Source: Chiloscyllium plagiosum
Taxonomy: Eukaryota
Assembly (NCBI RefSeq): GCF_004010195.1
Contig: NC_057711.1
Location: 3,481,931-3,545,930 of the forward strand
DNA: 64,000 nt
Reading direction: 5' to 3'
Shown here: in pieces, positions 1-12,932 of the stretch
Layout: the number at the start of each line of letters is the position of its first letter
Numbering within the stretch: the stretch's first letter is position 1
Translations under genes and position numbers: made by a program
Notes under the pieces: model-generated
Told to the model about the DNA's origin: nothing
Seen by the model: only the letters and a program-made list of their open reading frames with translations
The model's database searches: none

Positions 1-1199
1 CCCAACTGGACTCTTTTCCTTCAATCATTCAGAAGCAGCAGACAGACTGGCCGTGAACAGCTCGAGACAGCAAGGCCTGCACCTAGCCAGTTACTAAGCC
101 AGATAATTTAGGAAATCGGAGCTGGTTATTGTCCAAAAATCCTTCTGGAGTCAGAGAGTGAGGAGAGGGTTTTTAACTCCATTGCTCTCTCAATAATCTA
201 AAGGGCCTGATCAGCTCCCTTTGTGGAATGGTACGACACAGGAATTGCAAGCCAAACCAAATCCACCGAGCTCTGGATTCCCCACACAATGAAAAGCAAA
301 CATTCATTGATCTTCGAATTAGCAGTATTGTTGTAAATGAGACATTACAGATAACAGATTTTGGACACCACGTTTTTAATCGAAATTAACAATCTAATGT
401 TGCAAACTTAACCTACCAGAGCACAGATAAGCTATAAGGCAATGTAATTAATATGCACCATGTGAGTTCAAACCTCTTTGATCCTAAACATCCAATCAGA
501 CATCACACACAGACACACAGACTCACCACACAATTGTAAGGGAAAAGTTAAAACATAAAATAAAAAGAATTGTAATTTTGTAGCTTAATGGCCATTTTAA
601 CAATAAATGCCTTCTTGAAAATTTTGAATGATTGGTTATATTACAGGCACATGGATCTGCACATATTGCTTGAATTCCACAGTCACTGGTCAATGCAAAC
701 AGCTTCTGTAGACCTTGGGAGACTTTTTACATTTCAGACTAGGAGTCTTATCTCAGATCTTTCAGCAAGTCGATGACTGGAGAATATCTAGAGAGAGAGA
801 AACCAAAGGAAAGCCCTGGTTGAGAAGCTTCCAAAACAAAGTTGCACTCTTCCCCATTCTGTGAACCACTAAGCCCACCTCTCCTCCCACATCCGCCACG
901 TACCAAGTCAGAACCACTTCACTGTTATTTACTTTTATTCTCAACATTCTCTGTGCCTGGCTGGCCTGCACCGATTCTGCCGTGATTAACCAAATCAACA
1001 CCAAACGAGTGGCCAGTACCTAAGCTTAGCAACATCTCGGTTCATCTACAGTGTCCTTGAGCAGTAATTAACCTGCTATTAGGTGCTGCAAGGCAGCTGA
1101 TGCGTCTGCTCCCGGCTGATGTGGAGAGTCCGCCTCAGTGCTGATAGCACTTATCAAGGATCAAAGGACACTTGGGAAGGGGCAAAACCTGACCTATCC

Positions 1200-2942
1200 T
1201 TGGGAAATAGTATCAAAACTGGTTCACAGCTTTAAGTTCTAAATTGGGGCAGGCCAATTTTAATGGAATTACTTGGAGCTTGCGGGGGATCATTGGAGTA
1301 GTTTGTTTGCAGGCAAAGGAACCTCTGGCAAGTGGGAGGCCTTTAAAAGTGAGACAGTTACAGTTCAAGATCAATGTGTTCTTGTGAGGGTGAAGGCCAT
1401 GGCTAGCAGGGATAGGGAACCCTGGATGAAAAGAGATATTGAGGCTTTGACCAGAAAAAAGGAGGCGTGGCTCAGGTACAGGCAGCTGAATTCAAGGGAA
1501 TCCATGGAGGTATACAGGAAATACAGGATTTTACTGAAGAAGAAAATCAGGAGGGTGAAAAGGGGGCATGAGAAAACATTCACTGAGAAGATTAAGATGA
1601 ATTCAAAAAGATACTGTTAGTATATTAAATGAAAAAAGGATAATTAGAGAGATGATAGGGCCCCTCAAGGGCCAAAGTGGACATGTGTGTATAGAACCAC
1701 AAGAAATGGGTGAGGTTCTCATTGAATATTTCCCCTGTGTTTACCTTGGAGAAAGACATGAAGATTTGGGAACTTGGGGAAGTTAGTGGTGGTATCTTGC
1801 CAAAATTCCATATCACTATAATAGATGTGTTGGACATATTGGAATGTATGAAGGCCAATAAATCTCCTGGTTCTGACCAGATATGCCCAACAATACTGCA
1901 AAAGGCTAGAGAAGAAATTGCAGGGGCCCTGTCTGGTGTTTTTGCATCATCGTTAGCCATGGGTGAGGTCCCAGAGACTAGAGAGTAGTGAACATTGAGC
2001 CCTTATTCAAGAAGTGCTGCAAAGGAAAACCTGGGAATGATGTGCCAGGAAGCCTAACGTCTGTGGCGGGTAGGTTTCTTGAGAAGATTATGAGGGATAA
2101 GATATACATGCATTTGGAAAGACCGGATTTGATTATGAGTTGTCAGCATGGCTTTGAGAATGGGAGATCATGCCTCACAAATTCGTTCAAGTTCTTTGAT
2201 GAAGTGACCAGGAAGGTTGACAGGGCAGGGTGGTAGATGCAGTCTATGTGGATTTCAGTAAGGCCTTTGATAAGGTTCCACATGATAGGCTGCTCTGGAA
2301 GGTTAGATTGCATGGAATGTAAGGTGAGCTGGCAAATTGGATACAAAATTGGCTTGATGGTAGGAAGCAGAGGGTAATAGTGAAAGGATGTTTGTCAGAT
2401 TGGAGGCCTATGACTAGTGGAGTGCCTCAGGAATCGATGCTGGTGAAAAAGCTATTTGTTATCCAAATCAATGATTTGGATGAGAATGTATAAGGTCTGA
2501 TTAGTAAGTTTGCTGATGACTCCAAAACAGGCGGTGTCTTGGACAATGAGGACAGTTATCAGAAAGTGCAGCAGGACCTCAAACAGCTGGGGACATGAGC
2601 TGAGAAATGGCAAATGGAGTTTAATATAGATGAGTGTGAGGTCTTGCATTTTGGAAAGTCAAATCAAGGCAGGAGTTTCACAGTGAATAGCAGGGCCTTA
2701 AGGAGTGAAGTGGAACAGAGGGATCTAGGAATTCAGGTTCACAGTCTCTAAAATTGGAGTCACAGGTAGACAGGGCAGTGAAGGCAGCTTTTGGAACACT
2801 GGACAAATACATGGATAGGGAAAGTCTAGAAGGATATGGGTCAAGTGCAGGGAAATGGGGTTAGCGTGAATGGACATTTTAGTCGCCATGGATCAGTTTG
2901 GGCCTAAGGGCCTGTTTCCGTGCTGTAGAACTCTATGATTCC
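1200..2942 (+). mobile_element. CR1 LINE fragment (ORF2 RT to 3' end), degenerate
   Basis: KSPGSDQICP, PLFKKCCKGKPGN, QHGFENGRSCLTN and [11 protein letters not shown] motifs; ctctatgatt 3' tail. Confidence 0.92.
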
Positions 2943-3894
2943 ACAACAAAGGAAGCATCTCAAAGACTCCAGAAAGATTTCCCTCAAGAAATATATGTCA
3001 ATGCATGGGAAATTCTCATTCAAAAGAAATTGACTTGGAGGAAACTCCTCTATGAAGGGACATGATTTGTTGGGAATAGCCATCAGCAGAAGAAGTATGG
3101 AAAAGGAACTGGAGAAATGAATGTCAATGGTATCAAGGCCATGGACCTCCTGAAAACACCTGTCAAATGTGTGATTGGAGAAGTGGTTCTTGGATTGGGC
3201 TCATTAGTGACGTAATGACTCACAGAACCAATAATCAGTGACATGGGATTTCCTTAGTAGATGACCTTACTCATTAGATGGTCATTGCTGATGATCTGTA
3301 TTATCTTTCCAAGTCAGATTCTAACAGCAAACATTTCCCATTTGTTCTCTCCTCTTTTGTGAAACAAGCTGCTGTTCAAAATTAAAATTCAATTCTCAAC
3401 TTTAAATCAGTTCCATAACTGAGGAACAATTAGGAAAATCAAAGAAAAATAGCGATAGTGTCAACAGTAAATCACATTGCTTTTCATTCGGTTACGTTGA
3501 TGGTAGGAAAGTTAGAAAGTTCATCAATCAAGGGAGGCAACCCTTGCAGTCAGTATATAACCTGAACAGTGAGAGTGGCACTACATGTCTATTCAAGACT
3601 CCCATTGTATTGATGCTTCACATTCTCTCTGTAACAATGTCTGAAATAGACATTGATTGGTCAGTTAGAGTATAGCCAGTACCTGGACTAGACGACTGTT
3701 AGGCCTGAGCAGTCTCAAGAATGCTGGACAAATCTGGATCATTCCTGAAAAACATACAAGGAACATGAATATACCAAAGAAGCAAATGGCAAAACCCAGC
3801 TCGCAGTAAAAAGCATCATGTGTTTTTTTGATAATTCAGGTCATGGGTGTCGTTGACTGATCGTGGTTGACCTTGAGAAGGTGATGGTGAAATG

Positions 3895-4068
3895 TCGCTG
3901 GGTCTAGGTTCTGGAATTCCCCCCCTAAGGGCATTGTGGCTCTACCTACAACACACCGACTGCAACAGTTCAAGAAGCTAACTTACCATCATCTTCTCAA
4001 GGGCAACAAGGGATGGGCAATAAATGCTGGCCCAGCTAGAGATGCCCATGTTCCTCAGTGAATAAAAA
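3895..4068 (+). mobile_element. 3' tail shared by SacSINE1/AmnSINE1-type SINEs and their partner CR1-like LINE
   Basis: cagttcaagaag...cttctcaagggcaacaagggatgggcaataaatgctggcccagc...aataaaaa. Related copies at ~15235-15400, 16440-16690, 40090-40260 and 41310-41560. Confidence 0.65.
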
Positions 4069-5409
4069 CGATGTTGAGATTTAGTATCACATATCACCCA
4101 TCTCACCCTTGACTGATCCATTACTGGAAACAGTCTTAATTTGCCACCCACAGAATTCATAGTTTAGTCAGCAGCTGTGACACAGGGAGGGCTGCAGAAA
4201 CTGTCAGGAATCAGTGACAAACAAATGATTCCCAGGCAACTCTAGGTCAGCTTTGTTCAGTTAGTCACAGGGCAGGGATGGAGGATATTGGAGGTGAGAG
4301 GAAAATTCCTGCAGGGGCTTCTCATCTGCTGTAACTTTGGAGGATGTTACAGGGCATGGAAATCTTGGAAAGCTGAGAATGATCAGGAAAAGACATCCCC
4401 ACCCAGTGGAAATTAAGCTGCTTGGAGAACAAGGGAGAAAATGCCAAGTTTCACAAAAACTGCAATTTTGCACTCAGCTCTCACTGCAAGTGATAACATT
4501 TTAATCTTTCCCTCCATAAAACATTCATTAGAATTCAAAGGATCTACTGTGATGAAGATGAGCAACATTTTAATTTTACACGAGGGTGAATTACAGGTTA
4601 ATTTAGGAAAGGGCAATCGCAGGTGAATCTGGAGGTGGAGATTTTCAAACAACTGGAAATTGACAAATTCTGCCCAGTAACAATGTACTCTCATTTACCT
4701 CTCAGTCTGTTGAAATCAGTTTCCCACTCTGTGTGTTTGAGCAGTTTCCCAAAAGGCTAAACCACATTAGTAACTCATCAGCAATGGGCTGCATTCTGTC
4801 TGTGAGCAAGAGCGTTCAATTCAACCCTGAACCAGAACATTTTTGCCACCATGCTTGTATGAATGATTAATTACCCTACCTTCTTGAAAATGTGGTCAGC
4901 TGAATTTGTCGTGAAAACCCTAAAGAGACAAAAGGGATTGTTAAATGTTTTGTTGTGTTATGAACAAATTTGCTACATTGTCTCCACAGTTGAAAGTGTT
5001 TCAAGCAAAACCATGACTTCTTGACCATCTACACAAGTTGCACTGTTTGCACAGATCTCTCGAATGTTTTGTGATACCTACACTCTTTATTCAAGACATA
5101 GCTCAGTCCAAGATCTGCAATTGACCAAGTCAGATTAGAGTGTTTTAAGATGATCAGTGGGGACAAAGGATCAAATGAAGGAAGGTGTGTTGCCTCAAAC
5201 AGCAGAGACAAGGGTAAGAGAGAATATTATTATAATCCCAGTTATTACTGGACAAGTCACACCCAGACAGAACCTGACTTGCTAGATAATATTTAGATTT
5301 TTGTTGCTTTATAATGAAATTGTCTCTCTGTGAAAGATAAGCACAATACTGTTCATATTGCTTTAATGTAAAGTAGACGTTTTTTCAGAAAGAAGTGACA
5401 ATAAAAATG

Positions 5410-5702
5410 GGGAGGCATGGTGGCACCATGGTTAGCACTGGTGCCTCACAGCGCCAGAGACCCAGGTTCAATTTCCACCTCGGGCAACTGTCTGTGTGAA
5501 GTTTGCACATTCTCCCAGTGTTGCGTGGTTTCCTCCCACAGTCCAAAGATGTGTAGGTCTGATGAATTGGCCATTGTAAATTGTCTGTAGTGTTAGGTGA
5601 AGGGGTAAGTGTAGGAGAATGGGTCTGGGTGGGTTGCTCTTCTTAGAGTTGGTGTGGACTTGTTGGGCCAAAGGGCCTGCTTACGCACTGTAAGTAATCT
5701 AA
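5410..5702 (+). mobile_element. HE1/V-SINE
   Basis: tRNA-derived head (tggcaccatgg, ggttcaatttc), V-domain gtggtttcctcccacagtccaaagatgtg and CR1-like tail. Confidence 0.88.
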
Positions 5703-6075
5703 TAAACCAAGCTATCTACTTCTGATGCAAATTCAAAGATTTTTAAAGATGAAAGCATCATCTGATTAATGCCAAAATACTGTTCTGTAATTTATAAAAC
5801 AATTAAAAGCATTTTCATTACACCCAAAACTCTTCACTGGTACAGTACCCAAAAACACACATTGCATAGTACCGAAAAACACCACTTGTGCGATACTCAC
5901 ACCACAATTCCTGTTTCTATCACTTCAGTAGATTTAAGCCATTGCAATTTCAATGTATAGACTGAAGATGGACATAGTTCTTCCTGGAACTAGATACAGC
6001 TGAGCTTAAATGCACTCAGTTTTAAGTGAACACTTTAGTGTTACATCCCAACGAAACAGTGGTCTGTTACTAACA

Positions 6076-6134
6076 TTATCTCTTCACATTAAGGTAAAGT
6101 AGTTCAGTATATCCTTCCCTTCTCAGGAACAGGC
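6076..6134 (-). CDS. Candidate terminal cytoplasmic exon GLFLRREGYTELLYLNVKR* (YxxL plus ITIM-like LLYLNV)
   Basis: Acceptor tctgtgtttgagcag. The phase-1 reading continues the TM exon to TAA at 6076-6078. Caveat: it may lie inside an LTR-like repeat (~5241-6655). Confidence 0.45.
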
Positions 6135-6149
6135 CTGCTCAAACACAGA

Positions 6150-6352
6150 GGTAGAAAGTGAGGACTGCAGATGCTGGAGATCAGAGCCGAGAGCATGGTG
6201 CTGGAAAAATACAGCAGGTCAGGCAGCATCTGAGGAGCAGGAGAATTGACGTTTCGGGCATATGCCCTTCCTGATGTAGGGCTTATGCCTGAAATATCGA
6301 TTCTTCTGCTCCTCAGATGCTGCCTGACCTGCTGTACTTTTCCAGCACCACA
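6150..6352. mobile_element. Palindromic Penelope-derived element with 15-bp TSD
   Basis: Inverted arms at ~6197-6268 and ~6279-6349. TSD ctgctcaaacacaga at 6135-6149 and 6353-6367. Confidence 0.85.
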
Positions 6353-7079
6353 CTGCTCAAACACAGAATAAAACTAAAAAAAACCTCTTCCTCCAAACTA
6401 TCTTTGAAGCTTTAACAAGAACAAGTTCCAGAAATCTCTAACAAACCTTGAGGACCCATTATTTATCTTACTGAACCATAAAACAGTCTAAATAAACAAC
6501 AATCCATCAATTCTAAAGCTAGGCCTCAAAATAAGCTGTTCTTAGAAGAAATCATCATGTCTACAGCAATACTAACAGGCCAGTTATTAACCTTAGACAT
6601 GCAGAAAATCCACGTTACTAACTTTAAAAAAACCTCAAACTTAGAACAAATAATATTGAATATAGAAAGCTGATTGGGAGGGTGAACTGTGAAGAGGATA
6701 CAAAGATACTTCAGTGCAATTTGGACAAGTTCAGTGCAAATGCGTTACAGTTGAAGTATAATGTGTTAAGTATGAGGTTATCCACTTTGGTAGCAAAATC
6801 AGGAACAAGACAATTTGCCAGAATTCCCTTGGTCCAGGGGAGGTCCCATTCCATTCAAAAATTATGAATGTACCTCCTTTATTCAAAAAGAGGAGGAGGG
6901 AGAGAGCAGGAAATGACAGGACAGTCTGCTTATCCTACAGAGTGAAAATGTTAGAAGCTAATATTGAACACAGTATAGCAGGTCACATTGCTGAAATAAA
7001 ATTGCTCAAATAAAATAAAAGAGAAAAGAAAACATTAGGATACACTGTGCATATATTTTTCGAAGGCCTTTGATAATGT

Positions 7080-7670
7080 AAAAAATAGGAACAGGATTAG
7101 GCCATTCAGCCCTTTGTGTATGCTTTAATATTCAATACAATCATGATTGATCATCCATTTCATGACTTTGTTCCCGCTTTCTCCTCGTACGATTTGATTA
7201 ATTTAGCCTGAAGAACTACACCTAACTCCTTCTTAAAAGCACTCAATATTTTGCTTTCTGTGGCAAGAATTCCATAGGCTCACCACGTTTTGGGTGAAGG
7301 AATTTCTCCTCATCTCAATCCTAAATGACATACCCCATATTGTTAGACAGTGACCTTTGGTTCATGACTGCCCAGTTATTGGGAACATCTTTCCAGCATT
7401 TACCGTGTCTAGTCTTGTTAAAATTTCATATGTTTTCTTGAGATTACCCACCTTGTTCTTCTTAGCCCCAGTGAATATCATACGTCAATCCTGCAATCCC
7501 AGGAATCAGTTCAACAAACCTTCATTGCACTCCCTGCTCGTCATAAAATCCTTCCTCAAATAAGGAGACCAAAATCTCACACAATACTCGGGGTTGTGGC
7601 CTCACCAAGGCCCTATACAATTGCAGTAAAGCATTCCTGCTGCTGTACTCAAATCCTGTCAATCTGAAGC
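7080..7670 (-). mobile_element. CR1 LINE 3' fragment
   Basis: Minus-strand GFEYSSRNALLQLYRALVRP motif and CR1 3' UTR. Confidence 0.8.
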
Positions 7671-8546
7671 CATAATGCAACTGACAGAGATAGGGAAGGA
7701 GAGGACGTGAAGATAAAGATAGCAATTTGAACTTCGCAAGGTGACATCATAGAACTCAGGAGTCTGAGGTCTACAACATGGCTGAGATGTCCTGGATGTT
7801 CAATTTGATCAGCCAGTGCAAAGATAGATCAGGAGGGTAGCCCCAAAACAGATCAGTGCCTGAACATTGCACCCACTGCATAGGCCCAAAGAGGAGCCCA
7901 TGTTACCATCCACCCCTAGATATAGCTCTGTTACTCAGACTATCTACTTTTGTGCAGCAAACTCTCCAAATCTATTTTAACAATAAAAACACATAAGGTA
8001 CACAGAACATAGAACAGTACAGCACAGAACAGGCCCTTCAGCCCACGATGTTGTGCCGACCACTGATCCTCATGTACGCACCCTCAAATTTCTGTGACAA
8101 ATTATTTTGAATTGAAGCTTCCTTTCTGTTTAATTGAGATTCTGTGCTGAGTGGGAATGAATGGAAAAGGTGAGGTCTGTTGGGATTTTGTTAAATGGGA
8201 TTGAATGAAAAGACATTTTGGTGCATTGAGATTTGACAGTAATAGGGAGTAGAATGGGGATTGATCCAGAGTTCAATAGAATGGGTTTGAATGGCTTTGC
8301 TTGTGAAACAGCCTCAGTGTTCAATCACTCATGGGAAAAGTCAAACATGAGACAGATACTAGAGAGTGGCTGATGCTATCAACCAGGCCAACTTCACCCA
8401 CCCTCCACCACACACTATAATCAAAGCTAGTTTTTAGTGAATGTATTGAAGAGGATAGTGAGGGAAATTTTATGTAGAGTCATCATTTGTTGCTGTTTCA
8501 AAAACAGAACCACGTTTTATTTAACCTCATTCCCTACAGAACCCAC

Positions 8547-8654
8547 CTCCTATCTTCCTGAAGGTGATGAAGATGATGACAATGATGATGATAAGGAGGA
8601 TGATTAGCAGTGGAATTACCAGCAGATTTACAGTGGTGGGCTCAGTCTTCTTCA
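8547..8654 (-). CDS. Transmembrane exon VKKTEPTTVNLLVIPLLIILLIIIIVIIFITFRKIG
   Basis: Acceptor tcttgctgttttacag and donor GGAG|gtgggt; 108 bp, phase 1-1. About 22 hydrophobic residues followed by an RK stop-transfer. In frame with exon B2. Confidence 0.85.
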
Positions 8655-9249
8655 CTGTAAAACAGCAAGAATAACATTGGTCACTAATATTTCAGTGTTG
8701 CTGTAGTGAAACCTGTAGCAGGGTTACAGACCATGAGATTAACTGTACAATATGGACATTCTCTGATGGAGCAATCCAGTTAGTCTGTCTCCCCCGTCCT
8801 TCCCCATAATCCTCTAACTTGCTCCTTTCCAAATACTTACCCACTTGACTTCTGAAAGCTCCCCTAATTGAATCTGTTTTCACCGCCCTTTCAGATAGTG
8901 CATTACAGATCAGAACAATTCCTGAAGGAGGCAGCTGCTTAATTCTGTGACACAGTATATAAGGTTAGTCGATTTTCATCGATTCCTCTCTCATGCCCCT
9001 GTAATTAACTTCATACCATTACATCCAATTTTGCCTTCTCTCTTTCAAATTGCAGACTGAACTCTACCATCATATGATCGCTGCCTCCTAAGTGTTACCT
9101 TACTTTAAGATCTTTTTATAAGGTTCTGGCCCATTTCATAGCACTAAGTCCAGAATAGCCTGCTCCTTTGAGGGCTCCATCACAAGCTGTTCCAAAAAGC
9201 CATCCTGTAAGCATTCCATGAATTCCCTTTCTTTGGATCCACCAGCAAC

Positions 9250-11420
9250 ATGAGAAACCATAAGTTATTGTACATATTGGTAGGAATTGAATAGTTAGGA
9301 AAAAGATTAATATTTCACAGAGTGAATATAAGAGGTTAAGTAGAAGATTGAAAAAAAACAGATCCTCAAAAGTAGTAATCTCTGGTTTATTCCCAATGCC
9401 AAGCTCAAATGAAGGGAAAGAAAAGGATAAAGGAGATAAATCAATGGCTGAAGGGGTGGTGTAATGTTCGGGGATTCAAGTTCTTGGATCACTGCAATCT
9501 CTTCTAGGTGGAGGGATTCTAAGTAGCAGAGTAAATACAAAAATAGATGAAGATGCTTTTGAATCTGAAAAGAATAAGTTAATTAAAAAAGACAGATTCG
9601 AGTAAAATTGAAAATCTCACAACACCAGGTTATAATCCAACAGGTTTATTTGGAAGTACAAGCTTTCTGAGCACTGCTCCTTCATCAGGTAGCTAGTGAG
9701 GCAGGATCATAGGACACAGAATTTATAAGTATTATAAATGTGTAGAGAAGTCTCAGATATATGTAACAATAATAAGGTTGCAATAGTAGGTGATTTAAAT
9801 TTTCGAAACATTGACTGGGAAAAAAGTTTGGATGGTGAAGAATTTGTTAGTAGTGGTTCAAGAAAATTCACTTTATCAATATGTAGAGATTCCTACTCGA
9901 GAAAGAGCAAAACATGCCCTTCTCTCAGTTAATAAGACAGGGCAAGTAACAGAAATGACAGTAGGGGAACATTTGGGCTAAAGTGGTCATAATTCTATTT
10001 CTTTTCAAATAGTTATGGAAAAGGATAAGCCTTCTATAAAAAATAAAGTTTTTAATTGGAGTAAGGAATATTTTAGTGTATGAGGCAAATACTTTATAAA
10101 TTTGATTGAGTAGACTGTTCAGGTAAAGGGATGTCTGATAAGTAGGAGGCTTTCAAATGTGCGATGAGAGTTAAGAATTATTATGTTCCTGTTAGATTAA
10201 ACGGTAAAGATGGCAGGATTAGAGAACAATAGATGAATAAAGATACTGAGGTTCTAGTCAAGCACAAAAAATAATCATACCTTAGATACAAACAATTGGG
10301 TTCAAATGAATCCCTTTCACAGTATAAAGAGTGTAGGGGCATTCTTAAGATGGATATTGGCAAGTCAAAGATAATATATGTGATAGCCTTGACAAATAGG
10401 GTTAAGGATAATTCAGAGTTCTATAAGTACATTAAAAGCAAGCGAGCAACTAAAGAGAGAGAGAGTAGTGCCGCTTAAAGATCAAAGAGGTGTCTTTGTA
10501 TTGAAACTCAGGAGATCAGAAAGATACTAAATGAATATTTTACGCCAGGTTTTACTGTGGAGAAAGAAATGGAGGCTAGGGAACTCAAATAAATAAATAT
10601 TGATATTTTGAACACATTTCACATTACAGAAGAGGAAGTGCTGGAGATCTTAGAAAACATAAAGGGAAATAAATGTGCAGGACCTGATCTATTGTATCCC
10701 AGGGCTTTGTGGGAAGAAAAGGAAGAAATTGCATGTCCCCTTGCAGAAATATTTCTGTCACCTACAAATACGGATGAGGTGCCAAATGACTGGAAAGTAG
10801 CTAATGTTGTGTCTTTATTTAAGAAGGGATGAAAGGAGAAGCCATAGAGTTACAGGTCTATGAGTCTGAATTCGGTGGTGGGTAAGATGTTGGAAGTGAT
10901 TCTGAAAGATTGGATTTAAATACATTTGGAGAGGCAAAGAATGATTAGGGATAGTCAGCATCGTTTTGTCTGAGGGAAATTCTGTCTCACAAACTTGGAT
11001 TGAGTTTTTTGAAGAAGTAACAAGAAGATTGATGAGGACAGAGCGATATAAATTGTTTACTTAGACTTTATTAAAGCTGTTGGCAAGTTTCCACTTGGCA
11101 GACTAATTAGTAAAGTTAGATCACGTGAGATTCAGGATGAGCTTGGCAAATGGATAAAAAGTTGGCTCAATGGCACAAGACAGAGAGTGATGGTGAAGGA
11201 TTGTTTTTCAGGCTGGGGGTCTGTGACTGGCAGTGTTATAGAGGGATTGATACTGGGTTCATTTTTGTTTGACATTCATATAAATGACATGAATGAGAGT
11301 AGAGAAATCATGGTGAGTAAATTTTGGATGACACCAATATAGATTGAATAAGAAATGTTTGGAGGGACATGTCCAATTGCAGGTAGATGGGATTAGTTTG
11401 ATTTGTGATTATGGTTGGCA
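9250..11420 (+). mobile_element. CR1 LINE, degenerate (ORF1 remnant plus EN/RT)
   Basis: VAIVGDLNFRNIDW, AGPDLLYPRAL and WKVANVVSLFKKG. Paralogous to 32640-37090. Confidence 0.9.
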
Positions 11421-12105
11421 TGGCTTTTTGTTTGGCAGTATTGACACGTGCACTTTGATGAGTGCAGTGAAAAGTATGAAATGTTGCCTCTTGGTACAAC
11501 TTAAGTACAGGGTACCTAAGTACAGATAAGTACTGTTTAAGTGTTGTTACATAATTGAAAAAGTAGGAAAAAAAGGACGAGCATGAGAATACAGAGTTTA
11601 AAAAGTCCAGAATGAGAATAAAAAGTATCTTTAATGACTCAAGTTATAGTCCTTTTTCACTGAGTCTGCCACCGGGCAGCAGAATTTGAGGCTACACTGC
11701 CTCCACATGCCAGGCTCTGGCCCGGGACTCATCTTCCAGGCCAGACCGGGATCACTTTGTTCCTTCTCTCGCTCCAGTTGTGAATCAACTCCTGCCTTGA
11801 TCCATGCTTGCTCTACCCCCACACTGGGCTCCGGCCATGATTTGCTTCCAGGACCAGGCCTGCGGTTACTCTGCTCCCTACTCTGCGCTCTGGCTGCAAC
11901 TCGCATCCCCCACTGGGCTGGTCTTGGACTCTGTTCTTCATTCATTCCAAAGAGGGCAGTTTAAGAAGTTAAAAGTTGGAGGGTAGTAAAGAAAAACATC
12001 AGCAAAAGGAAAAAAAAGGAAAGAAAGAAAAAGGAAAAGGAGCTGGTGAGCAGATGAGCTGTAGCTGGAGCATCTTACTCTGCTGCCATCTTAACCAGAA
12101 GTAGT
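11420..12105 (-). mobile_element. Non-autonomous retroelement inserted in the CR1 3' end, absent from the duplicate copy
   Basis: The paralog at ~37020-37060 runs uninterrupted. The minus strand begins acttctggttaagatggcagcag and contains GC-rich internal repeats. Confidence 0.5.
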
Positions 12106-12932
12106 ATTTACTGAGCATCCTCCATGACTGGTTTTCCAAAGTGTCTGTTTCCATGCGGTATGACTCAATGACTCAATATCTGATTGTAGCTGGGAAAAAG
12201 GTTGGTATAAATGATGAAAATGGGGTGGAGGGAGGGCAGAGGAATAAACATTTGTTGGAGATGGAGTTCAGATAGAGAGAAACATATAGAGAATTAGATA
12301 GATAGAGTTGGATAGACAAATTAAAGGGTGAAGTTCAGCCTGGAAGAATGAACAGCTGTTCATGAGCACCATTAGTTGATGAGAATGGATTGTTTCTGGT
12401 AGCAGTCCATGTGATGACAAGGCCTGGTGTGTGATGGTTGAGTGAAGGAAATAGGAGAAGTTGGTTAGGCCCTAAAATTATTGAACTCCATATTGAGTGC
12501 AGGAAACTGCAGAGTCCCCAAGTGAAAAATTACGTGCTTTTATTCCAGCTTGCACTGAGCTTCACTGGAGCACAGTAATAAGCCCGAGACAGAGAGGGTG
12601 GCCAGGGAACATGGTGGTGTTGAAGGGGCAGGCAATAGGAAGCTCAGGGTCATTTCTGTGTACAGAATAGAGGTATTTTGGAAAGTGGTCATCCAGTCTG
12701 TGTTTTGTCTTCCCAAGTAGAGAGGTAGAAGTGAACTGTGCAGGATTGATGGATGATGAGCAGCTATGAGGTGGTGCTGATAGATGGAGAGAGGGGTCAG
12801 GATAGTGCCATGCATTGCCATATGCATGGAGTGTGAATGGCAGATTTCATTCTCAAAGTCAAGTCGCCATTTTCTTAGCAAACCATGGGGCTGTTCTCTC
12901 ACGAAGAGAGATATAACCTGTGGGTCACCGTG

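Larger units (their letters stand above)
5241..6655. mobile_element. Possible solo-LTR-like repeat with nested SINE and PLE insertions
   Basis: Its start (ttattactggacaagtcacacccagacagaacctgacttgctag) resembles the reverse-complemented end of the LTR at 41799-42810. Boundaries are uncertain. Confidence 0.3.

Noticed and set aside
3683-3744. Alternative cytoplasmic exon (good acceptor tgtatgtttttcag; phase-1 GMIQICPAFLRLLRPNSRLVQ)
   Set aside because: No recognisable motif and no convincing next exon. Unresolved without transcripts.
4699-4799. Exon-like segment with minus-strand acceptor and donor
   Set aside because: All frames hit stops before the donor and there is no signalling motif.
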